Source: a virus. From it: 5,241 nucleotides of DNA. The stretch lies in the IMG/VR virus record IMGVR_UViG_3300045988_033595, positions 1-5,241 of that record. One strand, given 5' to 3'. This document shows positions 4,961 through 5,241 of this stretch, piece after piece (the first letter of the stretch is position 1; every line of letters begins with the position of its first letter). The translations under genes and the position numbers were made by a program. Under the pieces are notes generated by a model that was given only the letters and a program-made list of their open reading frames with translations, searched no databases and was not told the origin of the DNA.

Positions 4961-5153
4961 CACCAACAACACCCTCCTTCAAATCGACAAAAGCAATAGC
5001 CTGATCGACCATACGTTCGTCAACAGGCTCGTTCGGACGCGCAAAACGATCAAAGACGATATCAAGGAGATCGTCAATCAAATCAAGAAGACGTTCCTCG
5101 GTAAAAGTCTTCCGAACGAAAGCAACGAAAATAGACATCAGCTTATCTTTCAT
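4953..5153 (-). CDS. Hypothetical acidic 66-aa protein (ORFan) between the VP5-like gene and VP3.
   Basis: ATG at 5153 with GGAGGTG (5161..5167) 7 nt upstream. Protein: MKDKLMSIFVAFVRKTFTEERLLDLIDDLLDIVFDRFARPNEPVDERMVDQAIAFVDLKEGVVGDV, with 15 D/E against 9 K/R. It overlaps the upstream gene end by 11 nt and the VP3 start by 8 nt. I recognise no family. Confidence 0.55.
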   Translation of the reverse strand: MKDKLMSIFVAFVRKTFTEERLLDLIDDLLDIVFDRFARPNEPVDERMVDQAIAFVDLKEGVVGDV

Positions 5154-5241
5154 TGCGCAGCACCTCCGAAGCATCCGCAACGACAAACGGAACAGCCAAC
5201 ACATCACACACGCCGGAATCAGTATCAAACGAAGCCAACCG
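5143..5241 (-). CDS. VP5-like protein, C-terminal part. This is the same gene as 1..211, and 5187..5241 duplicates 1..55.
   Basis: Continuing the frame of the 211->1 ORF through the junction (position 1 = 5187) gives ...LAVPFVVADASEVLRNER, then TAA at 5145..5143. The stop lies just inside the next gene, consistent with coupled translation. Confidence 0.65.
   Translation of the reverse strand, partial: RLASFDTDSGVCDVLAVPFVVADASEVLRNER
5187..5241. repeat. Terminal direct repeat, copy B (identical to 1..55).
   Basis: Exact 55-nt identity with the window start. Confidence 0.95.

Noticed and set aside
4953-5228. The 91-aa version of the ORF, starting at 5228 inside the terminal repeat.
   Set aside because: The codon at 5228 is TTG with no Shine-Dalgarno site, and the first 25 codons overlap the C-terminus of the VP5-like gene in another frame. 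The in-frame ATG at 5153 has GGAGGTG 7 nt upstream, so the 66-aa form is preferred.
5187-5241. The terminal 55-nt repeat as a biological direct terminal repeat, LTR or att duplication.
   Set aside because: Exact identity at the extreme ends, a gene reading seamlessly through the junction and a complete Microviridae gene set all indicate an assembly overlap of a circular genome.
1-5241. Scan for tRNA/rRNA genes, CRISPR arrays, IS elements, integrase or toxin-antitoxin modules.
   Set aside because: Apart from the features listed, I saw no cloverleaf-like structures, no regularly spaced repeats and no spare coding capacity. The genome is fully accounted for by the Microviridae gene set.

Overview
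The window is a complete circular Microviridae genome of the Gokushovirinae type, presented as the reverse complement of the coding (virion-sense) strand. Bases 1..55 are identical to 5187..5241. This is an assembly overlap across a circular junction, so the unit genome is 5186 nt. All credible genes lie on the minus strand. In transcription order (descending coordinates) they are: VP4 replication initiator (1289->324), a 37-aa basic J/VP8-like DNA-binding peptide (321->208, absent from the ORF track), an 84-aa VP5-like protein spanning the circular junction (211->1, then 5186->5143, also absent from the track), an acidic 66-aa ORFan (5153->4953), VP3 internal scaffold (4960->4469), VP1 major capsid (4479->2803), VP2 pilot protein (2748->1831) and a candidate 37-aa transmembrane peptide (1841->1728). 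Most genes have GGAGG-type Shine-Dalgarno sites (VP4 has GAGGTG and the J-like gene a weaker AAGGAAG), and several junctions overlap by 4-11 nt. The single large non-coding region (1290..1727) contains a GC-rich intrinsic terminator, two perfect 19-nt direct repeats, a perfect 15-bp hairpin and a consensus sigma70-type promoter (TTGACA-16-TATAAT) aimed at VP4. A second, very clean terminator lies between VP1 and VP2. The observations most worth follow-up are: (1) the small membrane peptide after VP2, as a candidate for the lysis function for which gokushoviruses have no recognised gene; (2) eight tandem 11-residue repeats inside VP2; (3) the direct repeats and the hairpin loop, both of which resemble the phiX174 origin nick site on the correct strand. 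No tRNA, rRNA, CRISPR, transposase or integrase was seen. All product calls rest on motif recognition by eye, and no database search was run.
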